A stretch of 61,942 bases of DNA, filler included, from Jimgerdemannia flammicorona (Eukaryota), in assembly GCA_003990765.1 (NCBI GenBank). It is 3 parts of 3 records of this genome, joined end to end, with 100 filler letters (N's around TTAATTAATTAA, not from the genome) between each part and the next. Parts side by side here need not be neighbours in the genome. Positions count along the whole stretch, not along the records: positions 20,684 to 41,265 come from RBNJ01001646.1; positions 41,366 to 61,942 come from RBNJ01001647.1; 1 more part is not named here. The stretch is one strand, 5' to 3'. This document shows, in pieces, positions 36,762 through 50,999 of this stretch. Numbering within the stretch: position 1 is the stretch's first letter; each line of letters opens with the position of its first letter. Under the pieces are notes generated by a model. That model was not told the origin of the DNA. It worked only from the letters and a program-made list of their open reading frames with translations, and searched no databases. The translations under genes and the position numbers were made by a program.

Positions 36762-39259
36762 TTGTAGACCGGCACCCTGATTGAGAATGGATATAATGTT
36801 GTAGATGAGAGTTTTGGCACAGGCACAGGATTTACATCAACTCAACTTACCGGTGGAAAATAGTTAAAATAACTCCATATTGCAAAGACATTAATAGCCA
36901 ATAGCCATCATTAACTTCAGGCATTCGACATTGCTCCGGTTATTTCAGATTGGATTGTGAGCCAAACCTTTTGGAATACGTTAAACATCGAATTATATAT
37001 AACTATTCTTTGTGCACTGGTGGGAAGTAGGGGATGGGTGTATATCGATTGAATTCAAATCGTGCACGCTATGAACATCACAACTGTCTCCTTATTAATG
37101 GCGTGCTCCTCAGCGTTAAACATTTTTCACTGCCAGCCTTTGTTCGATTCCAAATTTTGTGGGAAATATTTTGTTATTACTCGAGTTCGCAACCGCCCAC
37201 TAGCGTCGTCTAATTCACGGAATTAACCATTGGTAATAATATCTTACTCTCATCTCTATAATCCGTATTGAGTATGACATCAACGGCAAATTCTATTGCT
37301 GGGGCAATAAACAAAAACGGGAGCCCAGATATCACCGAAATTTCTTTTGTTGAGACACAATCAACAAGCTATCTCCAATTCGAGTTTTGAAGAGGCAAAC
37401 GATTGGCGAGCGGAAAGCATGTTGTCGTCGTCGCGATTAGCCCTACATTCTTTGAAATACCCAGCCCCGATCTCGTTCGCGGCTTTAGTCTAGCTCTCAC
37501 CTCTATTTCCCGAAACTGAACTAGTCAAGGGTAAGATAGCTAATTAAAGGTCCGAGGAGGAACAATATTCGTGCATTTGGCACGAAGAGCCTTCATTAGG
37601 GTGTTTAGCTCCGATTGTTCAAATGCTCATATGCTATTTCGGGGAAGATTATTTACACGTGCGCAAGCTATTAATATATTTCTCTTTCATTTTGTTAACT
37701 TTGTGTCTTCCGATTTTGTAGCAAGCATAAATTTAATTTCTTTATGTGTAAATTCCTTCATTTGAGGCTCTTTCTTCTTGAAAACAAAGAATTGAGTAGA
37801 AAAGTCGATTCCGGGGGTATTTTTATGTCCTTTACCGGTTATGTCAGGTTGTGCGACCATGAGCCTTTTTTAAATTAGAAGGAAGTCGCGCATGTGGTAG
37901 CTACAAGTGATGTTATCTGAGAATACATAGAGCTCATCATTTGACGCCTTCATTAGAATGTCCTAGGTAACAGGTACCAGGCTTCTTTTTTTTTTTTAAT
38001 TTTTTTTTTGGGGGGCGATGACGTGGTAATATTTCTCATGCATTTTAGTGTAGTCGATAGCCTCCCAAAGAATGCATGGAAGGTCAACGAGAGTTCTTTT
38101 TGATGAAGTTTAACTTTCTTGGTCCCTTTGTTCTTGATAGCAGTGATATTGGCTGTCAAACATGTGATATTGAGTGCATCCCATTCTCGACTCTGAAACC
38201 CTGGGTATCGATTTTGAAATGGCAAAAACATTTAAAAAAACACTAATTTTCCATTAATATGTACATAATTCAGCTACTTGAAACCCCCGAAGCAGGATTG
38301 CATGACTTATCACGAGATGGTGCAAATTGAACTGGTATAATGACCTATTTTCGAATACATAATTACAACGCAAATGTCATGGAATTCACTTTTATCCCTA
38401 CTCGCCGAAATATATTCATCGCCTACGTACGCAACATGTGCTGCTTTATCTCTTAAAGTATTCTATCAGCTCCCATTATTACATTCTCTGTGTTGTTATT
38501 ATCTATACAACTGTTGAAGATAATCGCTCTGATAAATGTCTTTTAGTCATTTGGGGGGTTCAGGAAATGAGAGTATACCGATTTCACCTACTCAGACAAG
38601 AGACTGCGGGAAGTGAACCCCCAAAGATGAAATGAGCACATCGGGGCCCTTGCGTATATGGCTAATACGATCGAAGACTTTGATAGTAGATATTGGTGTG
38701 TTATTGCTCGTATTGAGAGTGCATTTGTTTATAGTGTCGGCACACAAGGTTTATTGGTAAGCATCACACACATACTGAGCAGAGACACAAAAGGAGCTTA
38801 CGCCGGTTTCGGGCATTGGGAGTGGTGGTATAGAGGTACACCTTAACAGGATGGAGACGGAGACTCGATCCGTACGGTAGCTAGATCTACCAAGGTTCAA
38901 ATTTATTAGGGTGAGGCCTAGCTACTTATAAATAATCATTATCGCTCCCTCCGTGCTTATGGTTATGGGACTTCAGATCTCTGATACAACCAGCAGATAC
39001 GTATGGGAAGCAAAATTTTAAGGCGAAGACCAAACAAATTATTTGCAAAAACATATGGCCAGTTAGGTTTGTTGCTAGTGTGACCATTTTGGTATATACA
39101 TAATAAATTAATGGCTAAATTTCAAAAGAACGATGACTCTATACAAGAGGAGAAGAAGAGGGTTACTGAAGTATTTTGTAATCATAACAGTAAATATGTA
39201 CATTCTGTCAACACCAGATTGTATCAGCGGGATCATTAAATTCATATCAGCTTATTTTA

Positions 39260-41202
39260 TAATAAATAAAGCTCATATAAATATAAACTTTTGAATTACC
39301 TTTTTTCTGTTAAGGAGATAAAATAGATCTTTATAATATATACTTTAAAATTATGAAAAAGATAAATATTAAGAGATAATAGTACTATAATTTTTTAATA
39401 ATATTTTCATATTTTTGTGTAAAATTGTAATAATAAGCTTTTTCTTAATAGAATACTTATATATTACTAAGAAATTTGACATATATAGTTCAAGAGATCT
39501 ATCTGATTCTTCTGAGTGAGAAAGCACTAATTATTGTGATAAAATAACTCAATATCTCTGTTATATAGCAATCACGGTCTTCTTACTATATATATAGACT
39601 AAATCTCTTATAATTTAGTTTTTTTTTTAAGATTTTTATATTTAGATTTATATACTGAGTCTCAGTAAAATAGAAGTTAGTTAGGCTTTTGGAGTTTAGT
39701 CAGAAATCTAAAGTAACTTAGATATTATTACTTTAATGAATCATTATATATATCTATAAGCCTCTGGAAATTCTGATGGAAATTCTGATAGAAATTTCTA
39801 TAGAAATTTCTACAGAATTTCTGACAAGCAGTTATAGTTACCCAAAGTAGTATAACTATATATAAATATATCCAGTATATCATATTTAGTTATAGCCTTC
39901 AAATATATATAAATACTATCTATACTGAGTGTATTATAACCTCAGCTCTGCTTTCTCTAAATATAAAAATAAAGAAGTAGTATTTTTATTACAAAAAACT
40001 CTCAGATCCAACTTATTAATAATTCTGAGTCTGATTAACTTAAGATATAAGCATAGTACTTCTACTAGTACAAGAATCCAAAAGTGATATCCAGACTTTA
40101 CTATAGTAAGTAATAGGAATTTAGCACTTTCTCAAGAACTCAGAACTTAGAACCAAGAGTCAACTTTGACTCTCTACAATATATAAATTCTATTGGCATA
40201 TAGTTTTATTATAATTTAGTAGTAGTAAAAGTTACTCTCTACTTATGAGCAATCTTTCTCAAGAATCTATAAACAATTAGAATCAGTCAATATCATCAAC
40301 ATTATCAGTAATAGCCAAGAAGTATCTTTACCTTAGATACTCCTCAGACTTAAGCCAAAAAATCCAATAGAATCATAAATAAGTAGACCAAAACTCATAT
40401 CAGCCAAGAGAAGTTTGATAAACTCAACAATGAAATCATCTAAGAAGTATTTAACACTTTTCTTATACTCAATAAAGAAGTTCTCTATACTTCTGAACTT
40501 AAGGAGGAATTCAACAAGTTAGTCCACAGTTACTTTTATAAGAAATATATAAGAGAATCTATTGAGACTATAAGTGAACATTCTCTGAACCTCTTTTCCA
40601 ATGATTGCTACTATAAAACCAAAACCTTTCTAAACTATAAGAGATACTATATCTATTAAAAAAAAATTCCACTTCTATTACCAAATTCTCTATATATAAG
40701 TAAGAATAATCTAGTGATAAGATCTACAAGCCACTAGACCTAGCAAGACCTCTGCTACATTTTCTAGACTTAAGAGAATAATTGAAGAGATATTTGAACC
40801 TGATGTTGGTGGTCTCAACACTACTACAGAACCATCACCAAGAACATCAAGTCTACTAAAGATTATAGTAGATCCAATAGTTACTCTATCAAAACCACTA
40901 GTCTACAGACTCACCCACTATAGTGATATTATAAAAGAGTCAACTTCAAACCATAATCAACATACCATAATAATAGAAAAATAATCTCAACTATCTCACC
41001 AAACAGATAATAGAGATAGTAGAATGATACTAGCAAATGACAAAATAGTAGCATTGGCTAACTAAATAGCTATATTTACTCAAGCCCTTTATCTCAGTAT
41101 TGAAGTAAACAAACTCACAAAAGACCTCTATCTTATACTATTCGAAGGCAAAGTAGATTAAGTAACAATATTTATAAAATAAGTCAATACCAACTATCAT
41201 AT
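39260..41202 (+). mobile_element. Very old LTR-retrotransposon-like remnant (LTR-like AT-rich part plus gag-like part)
   Basis: Related to 21300-21500. 12-bp repeats at 39765-39825, then stop-riddled coding-like sequence from about 40050. Confidence 0.4.
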
Positions 41203-41238
41203 TGTAACAAGCCAAGATGTACCACCCAAATCATATCT
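41203..41238 (+). mobile_element. Start of an LTR of the same family as 61717, cut off by a poly(T) tract
   Basis: TGTAACAAGCCAAGATGTACCACCCAAATCATATC matches TGTGACAAGCCAAGACGTACTACCTGAATCATATC at 61717. Preceded by ATAT. Confidence 0.8.
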
Positions 41239-41265
41239 CTTTTTTTTTTTTTTTTTTTTTTTTTT

Positions 41266-41365
41266 NNNNNNNNNNNNNNNNNNNNNNNNNNNNNNNNNNN
41301 NNNNNNNNNTTAATTAATTAANNNNNNNNNNNNNNNNNNNNNNNNNNNNNNNNNNNNNNNNNNNN
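41266..41365. other. Assembly gap with TTAATTAATTAA linker
   Basis: N run with a central six-frame stop linker. Confidence 0.98.
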
Positions 41366-41760
41366 TGGGTCATTATATACCGGTAGTTGATGAAGTGTCC
41401 AAGGTCCTCAGTGTAGAAGTTCAAGTGTTCGGAAGTATCTGGGTGCCAGATGGCCTTCTTGATAGCTTCAAAGATCAGGGTCTTTGGGCCAGGCAAAGGG
41501 ATAGAGCGGCGGGAGGTCTGGTTGGTTTGGCGAATAGGAGGCATTGTGTGGTGGGTACTTGGTTCTTTGGTGCCGATCCTTGAGGCGGAGTAGGGTTCCT
41601 TAAATAACGTGGTCTTCATTTTGGCTTGGGTCATCTTGTCTTCTTTTGGTGAAATCACTTGACGGATTGGGCTGGTCACCAGTTATTGCACCATAATGTC
41701 GTCTGATCTTGTGGTCACAGGGTACTCCAAATTTGGATAGGGTCAATTGTAGATGTCACA
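41366..41760. mobile_element. End of a young (CpG-retaining) LTR element
   Basis: Ends in TGTCACA followed by ATAT. CpG-rich relative to its flanks, with an open frame on the minus strand (41366-41679). Confidence 0.6.
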
Positions 41761-42159
41761 ATATGTTTGGGTGTATGGGGCGCATGATCATATAGATATA
41801 TTGGATACATGCATCTCATTATACTATATTTTACCAGTTGTAGGGGACAAGAACATGCTTCATAGAGCTGCTGATCTCTGAACTATCGGAAAACTTGTAC
41901 TTTGAATAAAAAATAACATGCATATTATTATTAAGGGCCATAGTGGTTGCAGTAAGAATTGCAGTATATTGGGTACATACATATGTTTGGGCACATGGGG
42001 CACATGATCACGTGGACATATTGGGCACATGCATCTCATTTGGATTAGACTCAGCAAACTGGAGACTAAATGACTGCTAACTCTGAATGGATATACTTCA
42101 TTTAGCTAATAGCCTTCTTCTCTTGGTTGACACAGTTAATGCAGTCTGGCAGCAATCAT

Positions 42160-42630
42160 GAATTTGAGCTCTGTAATATTATGCTATATTTTACCAGTTA
42201 TATATGACATCTGAAAGAATAATGCTAGCCAGATCACTTTAATTTCACTTCTATGTATTTCATATTAAATTTAGTGATGGTATTTGTCAGATTGCATGAC
42301 CTAACTAATATATACAGCACATATAATAAATATAACCTGGTATATAAAACTCATACTCACAGGTCTTGATATAATTATATTTGGCATATGGTCATATGAC
42401 TAATTTTCACAAAAGGCAGCAAAATTAAAATATAAAATACTATATGATAGCTCGTTATATCTTGAAATTTTATTTTATAAAATGATTTTTCAATAATTAA
42501 TATCTCTGTAATCCATCAATAATTATATATTTGAGCTCTGTAATATTATATATTAGATTCTCTATATAGTTATAGAGCTATATTTTATTAAATATATATA
42601 ACATTTAAAGGAATAATGTTGGTCAGAGTA
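42160..42630 (+). repeat. Dispersed ~200-bp repeat family R, forward copies (also about 44240-44450 and 57900-58440)
   Basis: Core ATATATGACATCTGAA(A/G)GAATAATGCT(A/G)(G/A)CCAGATCACTT(T/C)AATTTC, plus TAATATCTCTG...TCTGTAATATTAT. Confidence 0.8.
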
Positions 42631-42636
42631 TATTAG

Positions 42637-43090
42637 TTTTTTTAATCATCATGTGATTTGACATATAAGTCCAATGATATTTGTAACATCCAATTATATT
42701 TTAACGCATAAAAATATTGAGTCTAGCATTTTTATGTATCAAATATTTGATCACATATATAAATTACAGAATTGGAAAAATGTCATTTTTGCCTCTTTCT
42801 CTTGAGTTTTTTTAATCATCATGTGATTTGGCATATAGGTCCAATGATATTTGCAACATCCAATCATATTTTAATACATAAAAATATCAAGTCTAGCATT
42901 TTTATGTATCAAATATTTGATCATATATAAACCACAAAATTGGAAAAATGTCATTTTTGCCTCTTTCTCTTGAGTTTTTTTTTAATTATATGATTTGGCA
43001 TATATATCCAATGATATTTGCAACATCCAATCATATTTTAATGCATAAAAATATTGAGTCTAGCATTTTTATAGATTAAAATATGATCAT
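42637..43090 (+). repeat. ~169-bp tandem repeat, about 2.7 copies
   Basis: Units start TTTTTTAATCATCATGTGATTTG at about 42637, 42807 and 42976. Confidence 0.9.
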
Positions 43091-44454
43091 TCATGCTGCT
43101 CTTATCATATGCACTGGGTATTCTTTTATCCATGTAATTATCTGAATGTATTCATTATTGGACCTCATTATGTAGAATTTGATAGCAATCTATTCTTATA
43201 ACTTTTGAATTAGTTGATATATATATTTGTGTATAATTAAAGATAAAATTTATCATGCATATATAGATTTTGTATATATAATAACAGTTAGAAATGCTTA
43301 CAACATTACTTAACTACAGTTTAGAACATATAGTATTGTTCAACATATGTATTTCAATGAAATTTTAAAGATGTATAGTGTTTTAAAGAAATATTCATCA
43401 ATTTTTGCACCATACACAATGATTGTTGTTTTCTTGCATACCAGCAAAATTCAATATTGCACAAAATTATTCATGATCAGTCTATCAATGTTTAATAATA
43501 GTTGAAAATACTTATAAATTTAATAATTGTAGTTTTTGAACATATAGTATCATTTGACACTCATCTTTTTATATAGTTAGAAAGTTATGTTATAAGATAG
43601 TATTTCGAAATTTTGTATTTCAAAAATGTATCAGCATATTGTGGTCAGACCATTTTGATCATAATTGAAATAGCAAATTGTCTAACTCAATTCAATAATT
43701 CTGTTTTATATATTGGATGCACAATTTTTACAATATGGGCACATAATCATATGACTAGATATTGGTTCCTTTTTTGAACTATACAATAATCGTTACAACT
43801 TTGTAATAACTGTGATTTCTGAACATATGTTGTTTGACATACATATTTCTATATAGTTACAGAATTATATTTTAAATATGTTAATATTTCAAAAAAATAT
43901 TCACCAATTGTAATTTTTACACTATATATATATACTAACATGATTGTCTTTTCTTACAAAGTATTTCTAAACTATATCAGCATAATTTAATATTATGTAA
44001 AATTATCTGTATTCATGATCAAACTATTTGTAAAAGTGTACACACTCAATATTTATATTTTTAATTGTATAATATCATCAGTGCACAAACCACCCACACT
44101 GTGTCAAACCCATTGAGTGTCATCAAATTCCTGCATACCATTTGAAAACATTTAGGTAGAAATAATCACAAATGAATAATAATAATATTTCTTTAATAAT
44201 CTTCCAATCATTTTAGTATACAAAACATGCTGGATGGGTGAATCACAACAAATTCTATCTTATAACATTTCTAATTGTATAGAATATAATCTCTAGATTT
44301 CTGAAATTTGGTTAGCATAAAATATTATCTGTCAATGAGATCTGATCAGCTCATCATATCTTGAAATTCTGCTTTATAAAATATCTTTTCAATGATTAAT
44401 ATCTCTGCAATCCATCTGTAATCACATATTTAAACTCTATAATATATAGCACCC

Positions 44455-45000
44455 ACTATCTCTATCTACCCAAGCACTTGCAGCTCAGTTATAACATCAT
44501 GATACACAGGATGGCAGTTCATTTTAACATCATAGGCCATAATGATCAACTCCTTGTACACCAAAAGGTGCCAAGTCCAAGTTGCCTGTATGGTTTTTGT
44601 GGTTGTTGGTTTGCCTATTGAAATGTGAATCACAAGATGGGTTTATATACTGTGTTGGCAAGATTGGGATCTGTTATCTACAGATCCAATGGCAAATTCC
44701 TTTAAATTCTACTATTTAGGCAATTCTGTATGGAGCATATGTAAGTAATTATTTAAATTTACCATTGGGAATAATGTCACAGATGATTCACTGGCCCAAT
44801 GGTTTGGTATACTACTTTTTATAAACAACAGAAATTTATTCAAATTCCCCAGATGAGACACACATGAGATCAACCTGGGGTTTTTAATAAACTCTGTATT
44901 GCTTATGAAAGGTAGCATACCAAACTGTTGGATCATCAATATGAGAGGGATGCATCATGTGTTATTATTATAAAATATCTAATTGCTATTAGAAGCAAAA
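44455..45000 (-). pseudogene. Decayed ORF of unknown function
   Basis: ORF 44712-44939 continues in frame to about 44470 through isolated TAG/TAA codons (…EFAIGSVDN…TWTWHLLVYKELIIMAYDVK…). Confidence 0.35.
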
Positions 45001-46164
45001 TGTCCTATTATACCAATAGTGAAATTATATATGTTTTAACATATGTACCATTTCTTTGCTATTGGCAAATATATATCTTCATCAGCACATATAACTGCAC
45101 CCCTTCTTTTCATCTAAGCTGATCCACCATCCTATACAGGATGTTTAATTTGTCCTGGCTTTATGACATTAAACTGTTCTGCCATCCTGTGCACTATGGA
45201 AGTTTGAATTGTCCTGGCCTCATGACATTAAAACTGATCTGCCATCCTATGTACTCTGGATGTTTTTTTTTTTTTAATTTTGTTTGTTTGTTTTGCTATA
45301 ATTTTGTCTATACTTTTACATTTGCTTGTTTCCATTGACTCTATAACCCTTGGCCAAAAGTCATTTCTTTATTTGCACAGATCTTTCATCTAACCATTGG
45401 TTTTGATCTTTAACTTTGTGTTATGCAGGCAAGAATCAATACTTTTATATATTTCTGTTAACAGATTTTGGTCTCAACTATTGGTTAAGATCTAAAATAT
45501 GATATCTAATTTTTCTTCTAGAATTCTATCTAATTAGGAATATCTATCGATCTACTGAGGTCTACTATATGAGCAAGGACCATCCTACTATTGATCTTTT
45601 TATTTTATCTTATTTCCACAGAAACTCCCCTCTCTCTTGTACTATTATCTCCAAACAGTACTGTATGTATCTCTCTTGCTGAGTCCCACCCATGAAGGTG
45701 TAGTGCGAGCATGGAGTCAAGTGGATGGAATCACCTCCATCTATCATAATGCTCTTTAGGCTAGATGAGTTCAAGAGGATGAGTGAAAATACTATAGTGA
45801 GAGCCTTTCACAGGATGGCCATATCAGTATAGCAAGGAAAAGAGAAGGGGAGTTGCAAGATAGCGGTGATTTCAAGGATTGGCATTATAAGGTGCATGGA
45901 AGCCGACACAACCCCACCTCCTCATGGTGGCTTCTGGGTAATGCCAAGAGGGTTGTATTTCATTTGTATTATAATATTAGATATTTTTTATTTATATTAT
46001 AATAACTATAATAAATATAATCAATAGCTTTGAAAGATAAATTATTTATTTTGTATTATTTAAGGCCAGTAGAGAGTTATAGTATTTTTAACAAAATTGT
46101 TTTGTAGAGTTCAATAGTTAATTTAATTTACTTGGTCATATTCCAGGATCACATTAATATATAA

Positions 46165-48668
46165 TAAGAATGCATTTGCAACCTGTATGTTTGTAATATC
46201 ATAGTATATAGATTTATTCTCAATGGTAATTACAAATTACATTCATACAAATGGAGTTAAGTGGTAGTAGTTCAAACATGCATTATGATAAAGTTCAACA
46301 TATATAATGTGATCACCATTGATCAAATATAAAATGATTATTTTAGATGGTTTCTCAAGATCATAATAGAGTGGTAGAAAAATGCTACTCATATACCCAC
46401 TTGGCATGCTTAATTGACATCTTTGTCTTCTTTTGTCTGTAACTTTGCAATCTTTTTACATTTAGGCCTTCCATCCTCCAGATTTTCAGCTAGACATTTG
46501 GCATCATTGGTACTAGCTAAGCATATGGCTGATCAGATAGTTTTGACTTCAGGTTGTGGTATTCTCTCTTGTGTTGGTGGTGGTGATGTAGCCTTACCCC
46601 TGCCTTGAATAATATCTTCAGTTTTCTCTTCTGTTTCTTTTAGATGTAGTGTTACTCTTTTATTGTATACTTCTGCAAGTGCTTTGGAGAGATTCAGTAG
46701 TGAAGTAATTGGCAAAGATGGACCAGAAATATCATGTTTTTGAGCAGCATGAGACTGGGTTGACAGCATCCAAACCATATCATGAATATGAGTATGCATA
46801 TGGGACATTGGTGTTTCTCTCTTCTATGCATTTGCATCTGTATTTTTCTATAATATATATATTAGTTAGAAGTATTTCATATAGCTATCTGCAAATAAAT
46901 TATATGTATTAAATAGTAGATATAGTTATCTGCAGAATTGTACAATAGTACTCAGGATCAGAGAGAAATATTTCGGCAAAATATAGTAGAAATATTCTAC
47001 AGTTGAATCCATTTTTTTGCTGGGATATCTATAATAAAACTATATGTCTCAGTTTGATATACAATATTGTATTATACTATAGATATATATCAGTATACTA
47101 TACCTTAGCAATGATGACTTCTGTAGTCCTAATGTTTGATATCTGAGATGATCCTTCAGCTAATGTTTCCAGATATATTAAGATGGGTTTGATAACTTGT
47201 GGTTGAACACCTTCATTCATCGAGTCCAAGATTGCAATGAAAGGTCTGTATATTTAAAGTATCCAGTATAGGTATTGATATATATAATTTCAAGTCAAAA
47301 AAATACTGATCTTTGTGATATATAATTCCAAGTCAAAAAATAATACTGACCTTTGTGATGTATCCTCTGATAGAGTTGTATTGAGCATCAAGTGCATGTT
47401 ACAAAGAGCTACTAGGAACCAGTATTTGCTGTGATATTATGGATAGTATCTAGTTAATATAAAATATTTTTTATATTACTCTTACTGATAGAAAATAAAT
47501 ATCTAATATATTTACCCTTTCTGATTAATTGGAATTAACGAAAATTTAGTCTTGAGAGGATTGATGCTTCATCCAAGCAATTTGGTAGGGTCTTTTCTCA
47601 GAAGAGAAAAAAAGTATGTATTAAAGATTGCAACTTGATTAGATGGCTGTTGAGCCCCATACCTAAAAAAAAAAAATCAGATAGGATCCCCAATAATATA
47701 TATATAGTTCAATAAACATTAATACAAATATATACCATTAAATATACTCATTTATTATAGTATCATTTAGCCACTTGCCAGCATTCAGCCAATTGATATT
47801 GTGTTGCCTGATCCATGGCTATAGGTTCTCAGGGCCAGACTCGATCTCCTTGAGTTCGATTACCTTCACTTTGTCTGGCCAACTGGGTAGTTTACTATAT
47901 TGTAGAGTATATGCAGCTGCCTTCTCAATCAGTTCTGTAAACCCAGAATGAAAGTCATGTGATAGTTGTTTAAAAACTTATTCAACTGATTTTGAAATTG
48001 CAACTGTCAACTAAATTAAAATAGATAATATTAATATACTATAAAAATAGGTTTTACCACTTCACAAATTGAATAACATCTCACCTTTTCAGGTTCTATT
48101 GGTATCTCAGTTACATTGATACTGGTAGAGAGTTCAGCAGCAGGGGTAGAGGTATTGGTTGTGAAGTGTGTGGAGACAGATGGGATAACAGGCCCATCAT
48201 CATGATTGCTGATAGTATCAAAGAACTTATCATTGTTTTGTTCTTGTTCATCTACCATCATATCATCTAACATCTTCCTATCTTCCACCATGGTCTCTAC
48301 AATCTCAGTTGGCATCTCCACCATTATTGGCATTGTCATCACCTTTTCCGAGAGGTTGACAGCAGGCTCATGATTGTGTTTCAGGTTTGTTTGAGTTATT
48401 GTAAATCTTTAAAGGATGCTTTGTAGTTGACCCTGATTACAAAGGGGCAGCTGGTACATATGGTCATATACTCTGCCTTTTTTCTGATATATTTGCCTTG
48501 CTTCTTGCAAGTGAAAGCTACTTTGAGATAGCTGTTATCACTTTTACTCTTAAGTGTATTAATTAGAATGATTTCAACGTCAGTTTGTATTGTATAGCAA
48601 ACAATGAATTCGCGGGCCTCTTCAAATTTTAAAAAGATGAGACCCGGTTGTAGTGTATTAGAGGCCAT
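46165..48668 (-). pseudogene. MULE-derived FAR1-type DNA-binding domain, acidic linker and OTU-like C-terminal remnant (copy A)
   Basis: FLKFEEAREFI...VAFTCKKQGKY...TSCPFVIRV...TNLKHNH is a FAR1/WRKY-GCM1 zinc ribbon. 47860-48390 is the inverted homologue of 56535-57015, and 46170-46390 is the inverted homologue of 57475-57680. Confidence 0.75.
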
Positions 48669-50339
48669 AGTGGTTGTAGTGTATGTTTGAGTGCACAGTT
48701 ACGAATTTATGTTTGGGTGCAGTGGGCACATGATCACATGGCACCTGACTCATAGTACATGACTGAAAATTAAATTTATGAAATAGACAAGCAATATTCA
48801 ATAGTTTATAATATTTGCAGCCTACAGCTAACTGTAGATTCTGATTCTGCAATATGGTTGAGCAAACAACTATAGACAGAGATACAGAGCCACCTTTTGT
48901 ATTGTTGAGAGTTGTAATATGTCCAAATTTTACAATCATGCCTCATACCTCTTGTGATGATGTAATTATTATTCTATCCAATCATCAACCAAGCACATGA
49001 CTATTTTGATGATGTCTATGGAATCCCAGGTGGTTTGAATATATATATATGGAATACTCTCAATATGTCCAGTGGCAAAAGATTTAATCATTATACTACT
49101 CCTTACTAATGGCAAATTTCAACAGAGAAATCAAATATATTTATTGGCGAAATGACAAGTTCAATAGCTAAATAACTACCCTACAACATAGTTTTTTTAC
49201 CCTCATATTTTCCAATATCTATATAAAACTTGTTCTGGTGTTTATATGCATGAGGATGTTTGCTGCAAGGCATAGCCTTTCAATACATGTATGGTGTGGT
49301 GTTTATGAATTCGGCTTATATGTTTGAGCACACATAGTGGTTGCAAATTGTGGCACATGATCTCAGTCTGAGCACACAATCAGGTAATCTATTTGGGTTG
49401 GGCTAGGCAATTAGGTTCATGAAATAGTGAAAATTTCTCATTGATTCAGTAAAACTCATTGGGCACATGATGACATTGAGCACCTGATCATCTGGGTATG
49501 CATGATCAGAGTTTGAGCTAGCTCAAAATTTATACCACTACATTTTATGTGTTCAATTATTTCTCTTTTACACTAGTAGGTTGACATGATCTAAATTGTC
49601 CTTTTATACATTCAAACCTCTATACATCTTCTCCCCATTCCCCATACTATCAGATATGTGTTTACCTGTTTCCTGGTTAATATTCTGTTGCATGTGTTTA
49701 CTGTTTATCTAGTTAGTATTCTGTTGCATGCATTTACCTGTTTACCTGGTTGGTATTCTGTTGCATGCCTCCTGACTGTTCGTGCATACCTATACCCCCT
49801 CCATTCATCAGATATATGGTTTATTTTGTTAGTTCCTTATATCATGTGTATAAGTTGGTGCCTCCTTGGCTATATACATATACAGTTATAAGGTATTGAG
49901 AAAGTATAGCTCATATCATCACATTTTTATGTATGATTGGATAGACCATATCAAAACATACACGACTGGTTTGGACTGGCAACAAGAATGCATTCTCTCT
50001 CTTTTTCTTTACAAAAGACAGTTGAGAGATTGTATGCTGGCCTACCACTCACTCTTTACTGACTTTTTTCAATTTTATTGAACAGAATGGTGAGGATAAA
50101 GCAGATAACAAAAAAGTTGACAGTTGGCCATACCATGACACAACCCCTAAAGCTGCTTGAAACAAGACCCATCAGCCCAACACCTCCTGCTGTCCATCCA
50201 TCTAAATGAAGGAAGACTGAGGCCAAACCCCCATACCACAAAGATGATAACAAGGTACTTTATCTCTCTCTCCTTTTTTTTAAAAAAAAAAGGTTTTAAT
50301 TATCAAGGTTGGCAGAGTCAATTTGACATTGCTACATGA

Positions 50340-50935
50340 CCATCTCATTGTCTTCAGTCAATCTGACAGAAGGCATGGTGAGATTCCACCTAAATTGTGG
50401 ACAGAGGTGAAACTTCAGTCAATTTGACAGGTGTTTCATATACTTCTCTCCAGCATAATTGTGGCATGATAATTTTATGGTATTGGTGCCATTCTCATTG
50501 TCCTCAGTCAATTTGACAGATGACAATTTGTAGTTGGGTTTGAGGTGAACTCCAGTCAATTTGACAGGTGTTCTTAAGTCTCATCTCATCAAACTGCAAT
50601 ATTATTTTATACCATTCTTATTGTCCTCAGTCAATTTGACAGACAGTAATTTGTAGTTGAGTTTGAGGTGAACTCCAGTCAATTTGATAGGTATTCTTAA
50701 GCCTCATCCCATTGAACTGCAATATTATTTTGTGCCATTCTCATTGTCCTCAGTCAATTTGACAGATGGCAATTTGTAGTTGAGTTTGAGGTGAACTCCA
50801 GTCAATTTGACAGGTGTTCTTAAGCCTCATCCCATTGAACTGCAATATTATTTTGTACTGATTTCATTGTCCTCAGTCAATTTGACAGATGGTAAATTTG
50901 AAATTAGATTCAAGTATACTCCAGTCAATCTGATA
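50340..50935. repeat. 123-bp tandem repeat (about 4.5 units), each unit with two GTCAATTTGAC palindromes
   Basis: TCATTGTCCTCAGTCAATTTGACAGA recurs at about 50495, 50618, 50741 and 50864, with a diverged copy at 50345. Confidence 0.92.
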
Positions 50936-50999
50936 TTTGAAACTAACCAGCATTTAACACCTCTCTCCTTCATAAGATTATCAACATTGGCTCAATTAA

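Noticed and set aside
37571..38846. Short ORFs in the CpG island
   Set aside because: 60-92 aa with no motifs and no consistent splice structure; not supportable as genes.
41199..41764. ATAT...ATAT as the TSD of a single solo LTR spanning the gap
   Set aside because: The left and right flanks belong to different repeats, a gap intervenes, and ATAT seems a general target preference.
50340..50935. CRISPR-like look (palindromic repeats at regular spacing)
   Set aside because: The spacers are themselves repeated, the context is eukaryotic and there are no cas genes.
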